Shown here in pieces: positions 51,925-63,260 of a DNA stretch of 64,000 nucleotides. How positions within the stretch are numbered: position 1 is the stretch's first letter; the number at the start of each line of letters is the position of its first letter. The translations under genes were made by a program, and so were the position numbers. A model generated the notes under the pieces. It searched no databases and had not been told where the DNA came from. It was given only the letters and a program-made list of their open reading frames with translations. This DNA comes from Lama glama. Lineage: Eukaryota. The stretch spans positions 26,412,001-26,476,000 of the forward strand of contig CM052842.1 of NCBI GenBank assembly GCA_028534125.1. The letters are read 5' to 3'.

Positions 51925-52547
51925 TTATGCAAACGAAGTGCCTTCAAGTGGGGCGCCTCAGGAGGGGGCTGGTCATCAGAAAGACCAAGTGGCTACAAGG
52001 TTGGAATTTTCAGTCCTACCCACTGACCTCTGGGAAGGAGAAGTAGGTGGTACGGGGAGGGGGGAGCTGCAATTTAGCTGCTATAAAAACTCTTGAACAA
52101 GATTTTGACGAGCTTCTGGGTTGGTGAATGCATCCATGTGCTGGGAGGGTGGTGCACCCCAGTTCTATGGGGTCGGAAGCCCCTGTGCTCTGGACACTAC
52201 CAGACCTCACACTACATACCTCTTCACCTGGCTTTTACCTGTATCCTTTATAATAAACTGGGAAGCATTAGTAAGTGTTTCTCTGAGTTCTGTGAGCTGC
52301 TTTACCAAATTAATCCCATCTGAGGATGGGGTTGTGGGAATCTCTGACTTATAGCCATTTGGTCAGGAGCCCAGGTGACCACCTAGATTTATAACTGCCT
52401 CTGACGTGGGGGCAGCCTTGTGGGATTGAGCCCTTAACCTGTGGGATCTGACGCTGTCTCCAGGTAGCCAGCATCAGAACTGAGTTGCATTGTAGGACAC
52501 CAGTCAGGGCCCACTGAGAGTTGGTTGATACTGTTAGAAAGCACACA
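51925..52547 (+). mobile_element. MER21-like LTR (5' part probably lost in the N-run 51780-51924)
   Basis: 'gggggctggtcatcagaaagacca', 'gagcttctgggttggtgaa', 'tatcctttataataaact', 'gagcccttaacctgtgggatctgacgct'. Confidence 0.8.
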
Positions 52548-52689
52548 TCAGACCACGACTCAGGATCCCCTCAGTTACAGCACCTATGCTGTAAAAGCTG
52601 AATAAAAGCAAGAAAAGAGAAAGATCTAGTGAATATTGAATGTATTTTATGCACGTGGGGCAAATACCTGTTTTTTTTTTTTAAGACAG

Positions 52690-53138
52690 TGTCCCTTGTC
52701 CCCTATTTTGGTAACGGCATCCCCTCCCTTCCTTGAAGTTACCATCTCACCCCTAAGCCGTGTCATTCATAGACCCTATGCCCCTGTCTTCAGGGGTTGC
52801 CCAAAGAGTGGATGCATGATCCGAGCTGCACCAATCAGAAAGCTTCCTTCGATTTTACATTCACTGGGAGAACACCCTTTCTTTCCACAGGGGTTGCTAG
52901 GTTGTGATGCCATAAGAAAGGAACTGTCTGCCTCCATCCCCCGCTTTGCGCATCAGCCGTGGGGAGAACAAAGCCAACAGAGAGAGGCAAAGAAGAAACA
53001 AGAGCTCTTGCAGCTTTGTTCTGCCTGAGTCCACCTCTCCTGCCCTTCTCAGTGACAGGAGTCAACATACCCGCTCTGTTTGATCAGGCTAGTTGGGGCT
53101 GGGGTCCCTCACAACTTTAAAGGACTTACTGATTCACA
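52690..53138 (+). mobile_element. Old ERVL-type LTR (LTR33/LTR16-like)
   Basis: 'ccaatcaga' box and 3' end 'caggctagttggggct...acttactgattcaca'; subfamily uncertain. Confidence 0.45.
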
Positions 53139-54869
53139 GTAAGTTTGACTAGTGCTAATTTTCACAGCCTGAGCTGAGATTCTCCTGAGAGGAATACAGT
53201 GTTGTCACTCAGTTTCATGAATGATGGGCCTTGCAGGTTAAGAGCTCCAGCCCCCAGTCTCACGGCATTTTAATGAACTGACCACCAGCATTTATACAGT
53301 CCGTTTTCACTTTTCACGCTCCATAGACTGACCAAACTGTCCACGTGGCCTCTGAAATCCTCGGGAACCCCCCAAAAGAAAAGATCCCCCAGCTGATGTG
53401 CTCAGAGTGGAGACAAGGGGACACTAAATTGGGCAATACTTTGCTTGGGGACCTAGGACGTCTCTGGATAAGGAGACTGGCGCAAAGGAGTCAGGTGACT
53501 CTGGATAGAAATCACATTGGACTGTATCAAAGTGACCCTTTGGATTTGAGTTTCTATAGTTTTGGCCCCAGTAAAATGGTCCAGTTGTATCAGGAGTCCC
53601 GAAAAGGTTTAGTGGATTTCTGGAATCTAATGGATTCCAATCTTCCTAGAGAGAGTCAATCACTAGGTGATACTTGCTTCATTCATATGTATGTGCGTAC
53701 GTGTGTGCATGTGTATATATGCATGTATATGCTCACACATGCACGTACACACCCAGAAAGGAAGAATTAGAAAGATGCGCAAGACCCTCCGGCTTCCTTA
53801 AAACATCCTTGTGAACCGTCTCCTGGACTTGGCCTCCTTTCCTTCTGTAACATTTTTCATCTCAAAGCTCTAAATTCTTTTCACAGCTGCTAAGTAGGTG
53901 AGAGCCCTTCCAGAACAGTCTTCTGTCATCTTCCTTTCCTTGGGGAAGGAAGGTGGGCAAGTGACTTCAGGAGTTGGGGAGAGGAGGGCATTTTCCCTGC
54001 GCCACAAACCTGGCAGGCCCTGGTGGAAAGAGCTCCAGAAAACATAGCACTCAGAAATGCAGCCAGGAGATCGGGGACCCAGGAGGCCCAGAACAAAAAG
54101 CCAGTGTGGGTTCTTGGTGTTATTCTTGTCTTCGCTAGGCCAGTCACTCCTCCTCGCTGCACGGAGCACGCTGCCTGGAGCAGATCTTTTTTAAATGGTA
54201 ACTCTCTCCTTGCCGAACCAGAGCATCTGCGGGCCTGTGGAATTCCTGTGTAGGAAGGAGGGAGTTGGGGGAGAGGATCAAGTTCCCGCCTGACCACCTC
54301 CCTGCCGTGCAGGCTCAGGCTGTGTGAGTGTGCGCTGCGTGGGTGTGACTGTCCCTTTTTCCATCACTGTTTTGCTGGTGGCATAATCAGCCTCTCAGAA
54401 GATGCTAATGAGGTTCTTGTAGAGAGCTACAAAATCAGCTGTGGCAGATGGTAGAAGGTTAGGTTTTAATTTCTCTTGTTCTCCTGTTGTTTTTCTCTAA
54501 AAATGTGCTAACCAACATGCCGCTTTCTTGTGCTTTATTTCGACAAAGCCACAAATTAATTTAAGTCGTTTTCATCGGACCTTCCTCTCTCGTCAGAAAC
54601 TCAATGAGCAATATCATTTTAGAAACAAAAACCGTTACCCATCTTCTTCTCTGTGCACCTCCCGTGCAGTCTGTATTTCTTTACACAGAAGAAATCTTTT
54701 AAATTTTCTCTGAACCTACAGAGACAGTATCTGCTGGTGCTATGAGTGCCCCAGTAATGTATAACTTCATTTTCTTATTGGTTAGGTCAAGGTTATCGTG
54801 TTTTGGTTAATTTGTACTCCCTCTATAGACAGATCTAAAAGCAAAAAATACTGGAGCCAACAAAGAGAG

Positions 54870-55105
54870 TATTTACTGAATACCTTCAACATCCAGGCAC
54901 CATGCTCAGCAATATATGGACATTATTTTATTTAATCCCCATATTAATCCTGTAAGTAGATACTATCATTGTCCCTATTTTACAGATGAGGAGACTGGGA
55001 CTTGGGGAAAGAAACCTGTCCAAGATCAGATGGCCAGGAAACGGCAGAACTGGGATTCAAAGTCAGGGATCCCCCTTCCAAAGCCAGTGCTTTGAGATGG
55101 TATGG
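54870..55105 (-). mobile_element. MIR SINE
   Basis: 'ccctattttacagatgaggagactg...ctgggattcaaa'. Confidence 0.85.
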
Positions 55106-55328
55106 CCTTTCACTTTCCTTGATGAATTTCAGCTGCCTTAGTGTTGTAGTCTCTAGGACTCAGGGGCATTTTTCCTGATTTCAAATCCTTGAATGGGGAT
55201 CAGATGTCAAAAGGCTTATTTATGATGAGAGTGTCTGACTCCAGTGATAGAAGCATTGGCCTGGCCTCAGAGATGGAAGATAGACCCACCATTTTACACA
55301 TGAAGAAATTAGGATCCAGAGAGTGTAG

Positions 55329-55763
55329 TGTTTCAGTTCCCTATTGCTGTGTAACAAACCAGCCTAAAACTTAATGTCTTCACCCATGAAAGCATTTTCG
55401 TGCTCCGGATTCTGCAGGCCAGGACTTTGGGCAGAGCTCAGCAGTGCTGTCTCAGGACTGTTCCAGGTGGTGTGGGCCAGGTTGGCCTACAGGGCCTCTC
55501 TCACACCTCGGGGGGGGGGGTCTCGAGATTGGCTGCTGGCTCTCTGCCCAGCAGGACAGCCTGGACTTTATGTGATGGCTCAAGGTGGCTCTGGGCTGGC
55601 CTCATCCCAGGACTGGAACAGTGCTCATTCTAGCTCCTTCTGCTGGTCCAAGCCAGTCCCCCTGATTCAAGGTGAGGGAAACTGATTCCACCTTTTGATG
55701 AGAAGAGCAGCATGTGCAAACAGGGGTGGCCTGGGCACAGCCATCTTTGCAGACAGCACCACA
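55329..55763 (-). mobile_element. MLT1-type solo LTR inserted into a MIR, with a 5-bp TSD (TGTAG/CGTAG)
   Basis: Begins 'tgtttcagttccctattgctgtgtaacaaacc', ends 'gccatcttt...accaca'; flanks at 55324-55328 and 55764-55768. Confidence 0.8.
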
Positions 55764-56449
55764 CGTAGTGACTTGTTAGTGGCAGATATTTAAACATGAG
55801 GCCAATATTACAGAAAATCATACTGTGGCAGCTTTACTGAAGAAGACTCCCCCTTAGAAATTATATTCTATTTGGACTCTCTCAGCCCTAACAGGTATAT
55901 GTGAAAGGCATTTTAGAGGTGATAGGGGCTGGTGTCATGCATCTATTCCCATGGGTGGTGACATTCTTTGGGTACTGTGTGACTGGTTGGGTCTAGTGCC
56001 AGAATCACACACTAGGGGAAAGTGGACAGCACCTCCCTTGATCTGGGCAGTCAGCACTTTCTCTCTGCCGAGTAAAGCCCCGGCAAAGGAAAGGGGGCAG
56101 GGGATGTTGGTTCCACTGAACCCAGAGGGGACAAGCCAAAGCTGCCAAGGTGAGTAGGGAAGAGAAAACTAGCTCCATCAACTTAAAATGATCAGCCCAA
56201 TGTGCCTCTAACAAAAACCAGATAGATGGCCTGGGCAAAAGGAAGTTAGAAGAGAACTTCAGGCCTTAACTAACAGGGCATTTATAAAGCCCATTGTATA
56301 AAGCCCATCCACCCACCCGAGTAAGGAGCAAACATAAAATCAATGTCAAGTGTCAGACTGCATACCTGGGAAGGAAAAATAAAGTGAATTACAACCAAAT
56401 CAAGAACAATTCAAATTCAGCAACTGGAGAGCTAAGCCAGCCTAATACA

Positions 56450-56650
56450 GCTGATATCTGAGGAGCACTCAATGAGTGCCAGGTGCCTTCCATACATCAT
56501 TTCACATCATCCTCACCAGAAACTTGTGAAACGGGTATCAAGCCCCCATTTTACACACAAAGAACCGAGGTCCAATTTCACCAAGCTAGGAAGTGGCAGA
56601 GGTAGGATTCAAACCCCTGTCCATCTGCTCCAAAGCCCATTATCTTCTCT
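56450..56650 (-). mobile_element. MIR SINE
   Basis: 'ccccattttacacacaaagaaccgagg...aagtggcagaggtaggattcaaaccc'. Confidence 0.75.
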
Positions 56651-56699
56651 ATCACAGCGCAAGAGAAATGGTAAAGGGACAAGAAGCAAGTCATGCCTT

Positions 56700-57028
56700 G
56701 CAGCTCCAGATGTAGCCCTCAAATCAGCAGCTTCCGCATCACCTGGGAGTTTGCTAGAAATGCAGGCTCTCAGGCTCCTCCCCAGATCTACTGAAAGGGA
56801 ACCTGCATTTTAACAAGATTCTGGGTGATTTCAATGTCTTAAAGTTTGGGAAGCCCGCGTCTGGGTCCGTGGTTGGCAGCCCAGGCTGCACAATGGAATA
56901 ACCTGGGGAACTTCGCAAAATGCTGATGTCCGGGTCCCACATCCATGGTTCTGATTTAATTGATCATTGTTTTTTTTTTAAAGCTCCCCAGGTAATTCCA
57001 GTGGCAGCAACCTTTGAGAACCACTGGC
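56700..57028. mobile_element. Two adjacent MER5A elements in opposite orientation
   Basis: 'gcatcacctgggagtttgctagaaatgcag...gcattttaacaagat...aagtttgggaa' followed by 'gtggtt...ccaggctgcaca...gctccccaggtaattc...tttgagaaccactg'. Confidence 0.8.
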
Positions 57029-57169
57029 AGGAGAAACGGGAAAGCAGACGGCTGTGGGGAATGGATTCCACTAGAGACTTGCCAGGCCTCCCCAGGCAGA
57101 GCCACGCAGGGCGGTGTGAACGACATCAGGGAGGCAGACCCAGTGACAGGACAGTGACAGTCCGAGTTT

Positions 57170-57655
57170 CCTGCCCGCCGGTGCCCGCGGAAGGATAGAC
57201 AGACACCGGCTGCGGGGGGACATGGGGGAGGGGGCGCCTTCTGCGCAGGCCCTTCTGTCTGGGTACCAGGAAGGCCTGGCGAGTGAGCCCTCGCATCCCG
57301 CCCGCCCGGGACGCCCCGCGGGGCGAGTGGCGCAGCGCGCAGGCGCAGGCGCAGACGCGGGGCGGGGCGGCGACGGGCTCCGCTCGGCGGGGGCGGGGTG
57401 ACTCAGAGGGCGGGGGCGGCCCGAGAGCGCAGCCTCCGCCCCGCGCCGGCCTGCCCGGCAACAGTCGCACTCGGGGCCTCCTCCGGGAGGGGCGGGGCCC
57501 GGCGGCCCGGCAGGTGCGGCGCGGCCCCGGGAGGGCGCATTCGAGCGCTTCTTTGTTGCTCGTCGGGCCGAGTTCCAGGCCCGGGCGCGAGCTGCCGAAG
57601 CTGAGTCACGGCCCACTGCTGGGTGCGTGGCCACATGGCCCCCACCCGGAATAAT
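57170..57655. promoter_or_regulatory. Orphan CpG island with NRF1, Sp/KLF and AP-1 motifs
   Basis: High CpG density. Overlapping GCGCAGGCGC at 57337-57346 and 57343-57352, multiple GGGCGG boxes, TGACTCA at 57399-57405, TGAGTCA at 57602-57608. Confidence 0.8.
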
Positions 57656-57924
57656 GTGTCCCTTTCCTGAAGCTGACTTCTCTCATGAGGATAAAAGCCA
57701 GGGAGAGGTGGCTTCTGTTCTTCAAAGCTCTTTTCTCGTGGCCCATCACGAAGGTCACCACAGCGCTCTCTGAGCTGAGTCACTATCCCCGAGGATGCCA
57801 CTTCCAAGGGGATCACGATTCTGAAGCTTGAGACAAAGATCCCTGACAGACCTGTAGTGACATGGTCCAGTAAGATTCCTTATGTCCCTGTACCTGCCTG
57901 AGGTGTGAGGTACAGGCTTAGAGG

Positions 57925-58087
57925 GTGGGCCTGGGGTCACCTGGAGGACTTGTCAGAAATGCACACACCCTGGCCTTGTTCATAGAGAGTCACTAGGAAA
58001 GGGTAAACCTGTGGAATCTGCATTTTAACAAGGGCCCTGGTATTTTTTAAGCAGGTGCTTGGTAGACTTCACTTTGAGAATCACTGA
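57925..58087. mobile_element. MER5-type element
   Basis: 'tcacctggaggacttgtcagaaatgca...aatctgcattttaacaag...cactttgagaatcactg'. Confidence 0.7.
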
Positions 58088-58679
58088 TTTTGAGGAAGTT
58101 CCCCTGAACATAGATGTGTTAACCACAAGTGGATGCCACTGAATGATTGTAAGTTGAGTTTGCAAGGAGGCACAACCCGCAGCCACCAGAAGTGGGGGTC
58201 CAGCCAGGGTCACCAGGCCCCCAGGCCTGTGTTTAATTTACGAGCACAGGCCAAACCTGCACTGCCGCCATCCTGACGGAGCATCTAAACTCTTCCTTTC
58301 TGCTTTGGTGGTACTGAGTACATCCCAAGATAAGCAGCTTCAGCTGGCCCTTTCATACCTGTTGATTTTCTCAGGATGGCGGTCCAGCGTGGCATGTGCA
58401 TTTGGGTATATGCACTGTGGCTTAAGTCTATACGCCACTAATGGGCCTGAACCTCCAGAAGAGTCTATTATGTCGAGATGTCAACTGAAATGGAATTTTA
58501 TATAATCTCTAAAGGCTGCTAGTCTATCCAAAGAGGATCGAGAAAGAATTCACTGGAAATTAGGTTTAAGAACAAATCTATACCTTTGCTTGGCAAATAT
58601 CATCTTATCCTGTTAACTGCTCCTAATGAAAAAAAAATGAGTGAATAAACGCTATTTTCAACAATTTATTTGAAGTATG

Positions 58680-59305
58680 CACACAAGACTCTGAAGACAG
58701 ATGGCCCTAGCTCAAATCTCAGCTTTCCTACTTACTCGCTGGTGACCTTGGACAAGTTCTTAACTTTTTGTGCCTCAGTTTCCGTATCTGAAAAATGTGG
58801 TTGTAGTTATTTATTTTATACTTACTACTTCCAGATATTTTAAGAAGAGATTTACAAGTATTATTTTATGTAATACCCACTTTACAGATGAGGAAACTGA
58901 GACTCAGGGAGGCTAGGTACCAAGATGGCCCCATCTCCACCCAGGCTTGTTCTCTCCAGCCCTGGCTCTTGACGGTGCTCCTTCATCGCCTCCTGGCTCC
59001 TGACTGGCTGTCAGATGTTAGCCAGGCGTGTTCTCATGAGTGTATCATAATGACTAACACTGCTTTGAGCAGTTACTATGCCATGACCTACTGTAAACAC
59101 TTAACTTGAATTAATTCACTTAATTCTTACTATCACCCCATGAGATAAGAATTAGTATCATCTACATCTCTCAGGGGAAGAAACTGAAACAGAGATATTG
59201 AGCAACTTAACCCAGGATCACACTGCTAGGAAGGGGTAAAGCCAGAACTTAACCATAGTCATCTGGCTCCCAGGCCTGGGCACCAACCTGTTACACTGTG
59301 CTGCC
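58680..59305. mobile_element. Cluster of three MIR fragments (+ ~58680-58810; - ~58860-58990; - ~59050-59305)
   Basis: 'tgaccttggacaagtt...gcctcagtttcc', 'ttttacagatgaggaaactgagactcag', 'gaaactgaaacagaga...cccaggatcacactgct'. Confidence 0.75.
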
Positions 59306-59699
59306 AGTGTTTGTACAACAGAAGAGATGGAGGCTCCCCACTCTCTTGACTCATCAATGCAGTGATACTGAGATTTTTCCTTCCCATCAGCATCCTGCCT
59401 CTGGGAGCAAAGGCTTCCTTCTGTCAGAGATTGTGATTCTTCTGGGGCTTTGAAAATTGGTATGTATGTGTGGGACACTTAGAAGGGTTTTGGAAAGCAT
59501 CTGCTCTACTGGTGACAGGCAGGCAGCCTTCAACAGAGGCCCATGGCCAGTGAGGCCTGGGTGTCGATGTGGCTCTCCACCCCAGGGCTTGGCAGTGCCA
59601 CCAGCCTGCAAGGGAATGGTCTGCAGACTCAGCCTCACACATTGACTGGTCTGTTGCCTGGCACTGGCCCCTGCATGGGTGGTCCCTCTTGTCACACTG

Positions 59700-61169
59700 A
59701 GCTGGAAATATGGACATTAAGGGCAATTCTGGTGAAGTCTCAGGGGTAACTGGAGGAAAGGTGATCCTTGCTAGAAAGTGGCAAAGAACTTGGCTGAACT
59801 GTGTTTTAGTGTTTTGCAGAAGGTAGAACTTGTGATCCATAAAGTTGGATGTTTAGCTGAGGAGATATCTAAGCAAAGTGTTGAGGGAGCAGCTTAGTTT
59901 CTCCTGAATCCTTAGAGTAAAATGCAAAAGGACAGAGATGAATTGAAGAAAGAATTGTTACGCAAAAAGGAACCAGAATTTGAAGATTTGGAAAAATCTG
60001 TCTGCCATATTCGAAAAAATGAGAAAACTTGTTCTGAATAGAACACTAAGGGGGTGGCTGAGCAACCACCCCATAGAGAGATCGTGGGGGTGACCGCAGC
60101 TAGTCGGTCCTGCTTGGGAAACCAGGAGATGAAATCATTCTAGCAGAGATGCTGCTGGTTTGAACTAAAGGGGACAGAGAAAGCAGGACAGAATGAAAGA
60201 AGACAGTCAGACTTCTTGGGGTCTACAAAACCAGACCATAGCACTATTTCTTTCACCGTTCTTCAGGGAAAGGGAAGAAGAACCCTGAAGGCAATTCCGA
60301 GAATATCAGACCACCACTTAGGTTTCAACAGGCCAGAAAGCCTTAAGGGAGAGAGCTGCAGAGGTGGGACCACGGTCCCAGTGGGTCTGGAAGGGCAGAG
60401 CACTGAATGAGAGAATTACTCTTGAGCCTTAAGACGCAATGGAATTTGCCTTGCCAGGTTTTGGACTTGCTTGGGACCTAGCACCCCTTTTTGCTTTCCT
60501 ATTTGTCCCTTTTGGAACAGGAATGCCTGTCCTCTGCCTGTCCCACCATTGTATTCTGGAAGCATATAATTTGTCTGGTTTCACAGGTTTACAGCTGGAG
60601 AGGAATTTGCCTCAGAACAAATTGTATCTCAAGTCTCACCAATATCTGATTTAGACAGAATTTATATGAAACTTTGGACTTTAATAGACTTTAGAGTTGA
60701 CGATGGAAGGAGACGAGACTGTTGGGTTATTGGGATGGAATGAATATATTTTGAGTGTGAGAAGGACACAAATTTTGGAGGGCAGGGATGGAATGCTATG
60801 GACTGAATCATGCCCCCCCCCCATTCGTATGCTGAAGCCCTAACCCCCAAAGTGGTGGTATTTAGAGATGGGGCCTCTGAGACACAGCTAGGTTTAGATT
60901 AGGTCGTGAGGATCCCACCATTACTGGTTAGTGTCCTGATAAGAAGAAACCAGGTTGTTCACTTACTCTTACCCTCGCCCTGTGATGTGAGGATGGTGTG
61001 GGAAGGTGTGACCTGCAAGCCAGGAAGAGGTTCTCCTCAGACATCAGCCCTGCTGGCACCTTGATCTTGTGCTTGAAGCCTCTGGAACTTCAAGAAAGGA
61101 AAGTCCTGTTGTTTCAGCCACCTGGTGGTCTCTGGTATTTGGTTACAACAGCCCAAGATCATTAGGACA
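59700..61169 (+). mobile_element. MaLR (MLT1A/B-like) internal remnant plus 3' LTR (60794-61169)
   Basis: Internal motifs 'ggaggaaaggtgatccttg...gtggcaaagaacttggctgaa', purine tract before 60794, LTR 'tgctatggactgaat...ctaacccccaa...gctggcaccttgatctt'. Confidence 0.8.
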
Positions 61170-62008
61170 TTTCTCCAATAAAACCTCTAGACCTCTTGAG
61201 GCAGCAAGAATAACTGTAAGAGACTTGGGGAGAAGTCCTGCACAGAGAACTGGGGCCCAGGGGTGGTGAAAAGGGATGGAACACACACAGAATATGATTT
61301 CAAGGCAGGGACTGACGGAGCTCCTACCCAGCTCCAGGCACTGTGCTGAGCGCCACCCCCAAGCGGCACTGCGCTGGCCCACAAATACCGGGGGAAGCTG
61401 TTATTCTGGCTGCCCGTTGGCCAACCAACCAGCCTTCCAGGCAGACCTTAATCCTTGCTTCTCAAACTTCCCTCCGAGGACAGAGAAGGAAGGAAGCAGC
61501 TGTACCCAGTAAGCTTGGAGGATGCATGTGATCCAGAGCATACTGTTTCCTGTCACTTAACTCTCTAGGCCCAGACTTGTGCCAAGCATGGAGATGGATC
61601 TGCCAATCCCAGACTGCAGTTGCCTCTCCAGGCTTCTCCCTGCCCATTCCAGCTCATTCCAGCCTCCGGGCAGTACTGTCATGAAGAGGGGGATCTGATT
61701 TGGGTTTTGCTTACTCTGGAGGAAATGTGAATAAACAGAAGCTAATCAGCTCCCACGCCATCAGCATTGACTGTGTGTTCTCGTCCACCAAGATGGTGGC
61801 TCTCTTTCCTGCTGTACTGGGAATGGCCCTGCAGCTCTGGGAAAAACACAGAGGCCCAGGCCCAGCTCTGAGTTCCTCCTTTTGTTGTCTGGGATTGAGC
61901 CCAGGCGTCCGCTTTTCTAAATTCCCAGGTGATTCCAATATGCAGTCAGGCCTGAGCTCCACCGCCCTCAGCACTCTCATTACCTTCATCTGTTAAATGT
62001 GCTCATAG

Positions 62009-62630
62009 TGTTGCAGAAAAGTTTGTTACAGCTCAGTTGCTACAACAACCTGGATCCCAGCAAGAGACCAAGCAGCACTGGGAGATTTGGAGAACTCAGA
62101 TTTACTACGCCAGTATGCCCAGAGAAGTTAACACTCCAAGCTCTGGACCCCATCTGTAGGTTTACACAGGCTTTTATAGGCTGCCAGTTTACACTTTGCA
62201 ACATCATATGCAAATAAGGTATAACAAAAGTTGACTAATTAGGAACAAGCTTCATAGAAATGGACCAATCAGGAGTGAGGGAAATGGACCAATCAGAAGT
62301 GAGAGAAATAACCAATCAGGAGTGAGCTCCACGCAAATGAAGTACTACAAATGGACCAATCAGGAGTGAGGGAAACGGGCCAATCAGGAGTGAAAGAAAT
62401 AACCAATCAGGAGTGAGCTCCATGCAAATGAAGTACTACAAATGGACCAATCATGAGTTAGCTCAGGGAACCAATGGAATTTGAGGGGTAAGTTCCAGTT
62501 TCCTAGAAGCCATTTCAGAGGCAAAAAGTGAGATAGAGCTGCTGGGCCCTGGAAACGGTTGGTGCTAGCAGGAGAGTAGTGGCCCTACCTGGGGGTCCTA
62601 GTGGTCTTTTTTATGGGGCTTCCCACCTCA
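62009..62630 (-). mobile_element. Young ERV solo LTR (622 bp) with a tandem CCAAT/octamer U3 array
   Basis: TG...CA termini. Minus-strand TATAAAAG (62171-62178) and putative AGTAAA polyA signal (62101-62106). Eight CCAAT boxes. It interrupts a MIR core ('cttcatctgttaaatg'...'agggtgttgtgagg'). Confidence 0.8.
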
Positions 62631-63129
62631 TTGGTATTTTCCAAACAGGGTGTTGTGAGGCCGCAGTGTGAAGGGCCTGGGCAGGGAGGCCCAGAGAGGG
62701 AAGGGAATCAATTATCCAGGTCTTAGGGCGCCCCTGCCCTTAGGCCAGGTGCCACGCTAGGGGTGGGCTCTACAAGACCCTCGGCAGGCAGGGAGGTGGT
62801 GCCCCACCCTCGCCTGCCTCTGCCCAGCTCCTTACAGCTTATGGAACCCATTCCTCTCTGAGACCAAGGCTGGCACACTGTTGCGTTCAGTAAATGTCTG
62901 TTAGATAAACGAACAGATGATGTCCTTTGACCTTCGTAACAACTTTGAGACGTAAACCGGAAAGAAGTCCTTCTTTTCCCTGATTCCATGGAAAGAATGG
63001 GGAGTTCTGGGTCAAGTCAAGATTCTGTCACCAGCAATGTGTTAAGAAAAGCTTAACTTCTCACAGCCTTTGTTTCTTCATGGGTCATGTAGGACTTTTG
63101 AGTAATGCCTTTGTTATAAGGCTGTTTTG

Positions 63130-63260
63130 AAGAGCTGCTGAGACAATACCTGAGGGAAACATTTATAGAAACTATTATTTGAGGAAGAAATTGGGGTTTA
63201 GAGAGGTTAAGTGACTTGCCCACAGTCATACAGCTTGTAAATAGTGACGCCAAGACCAAA
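63130..63260 (-). mobile_element. MIR fragment
   Basis: 'agagaggttaagtgacttgcccacagtcatacagct'. Confidence 0.75.

Noticed and set aside
5787-52046. ORFs containing long X runs
   Set aside because: They are open only because N-runs contain no stop codons.
57071-57816. ORFs of 114-187 aa across the second CpG island
   Set aside because: Same GC-richness artefact; mostly non-ATG starts, present in several frames on both strands.
62255-62480. Regularly spaced repeats that superficially resemble a CRISPR array
   Set aside because: The context is eukaryotic, the 'spacers' are themselves repeated with a 91-bp period, and there are no cas genes; it is an LTR U3 tandem repeat.
62000-62640. Target-site duplication for the solo LTR
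   Set aside because: The flanks (ATAG versus TTGG) do not form a clean duplication, so no TSD is claimed and the ends may be slightly off.
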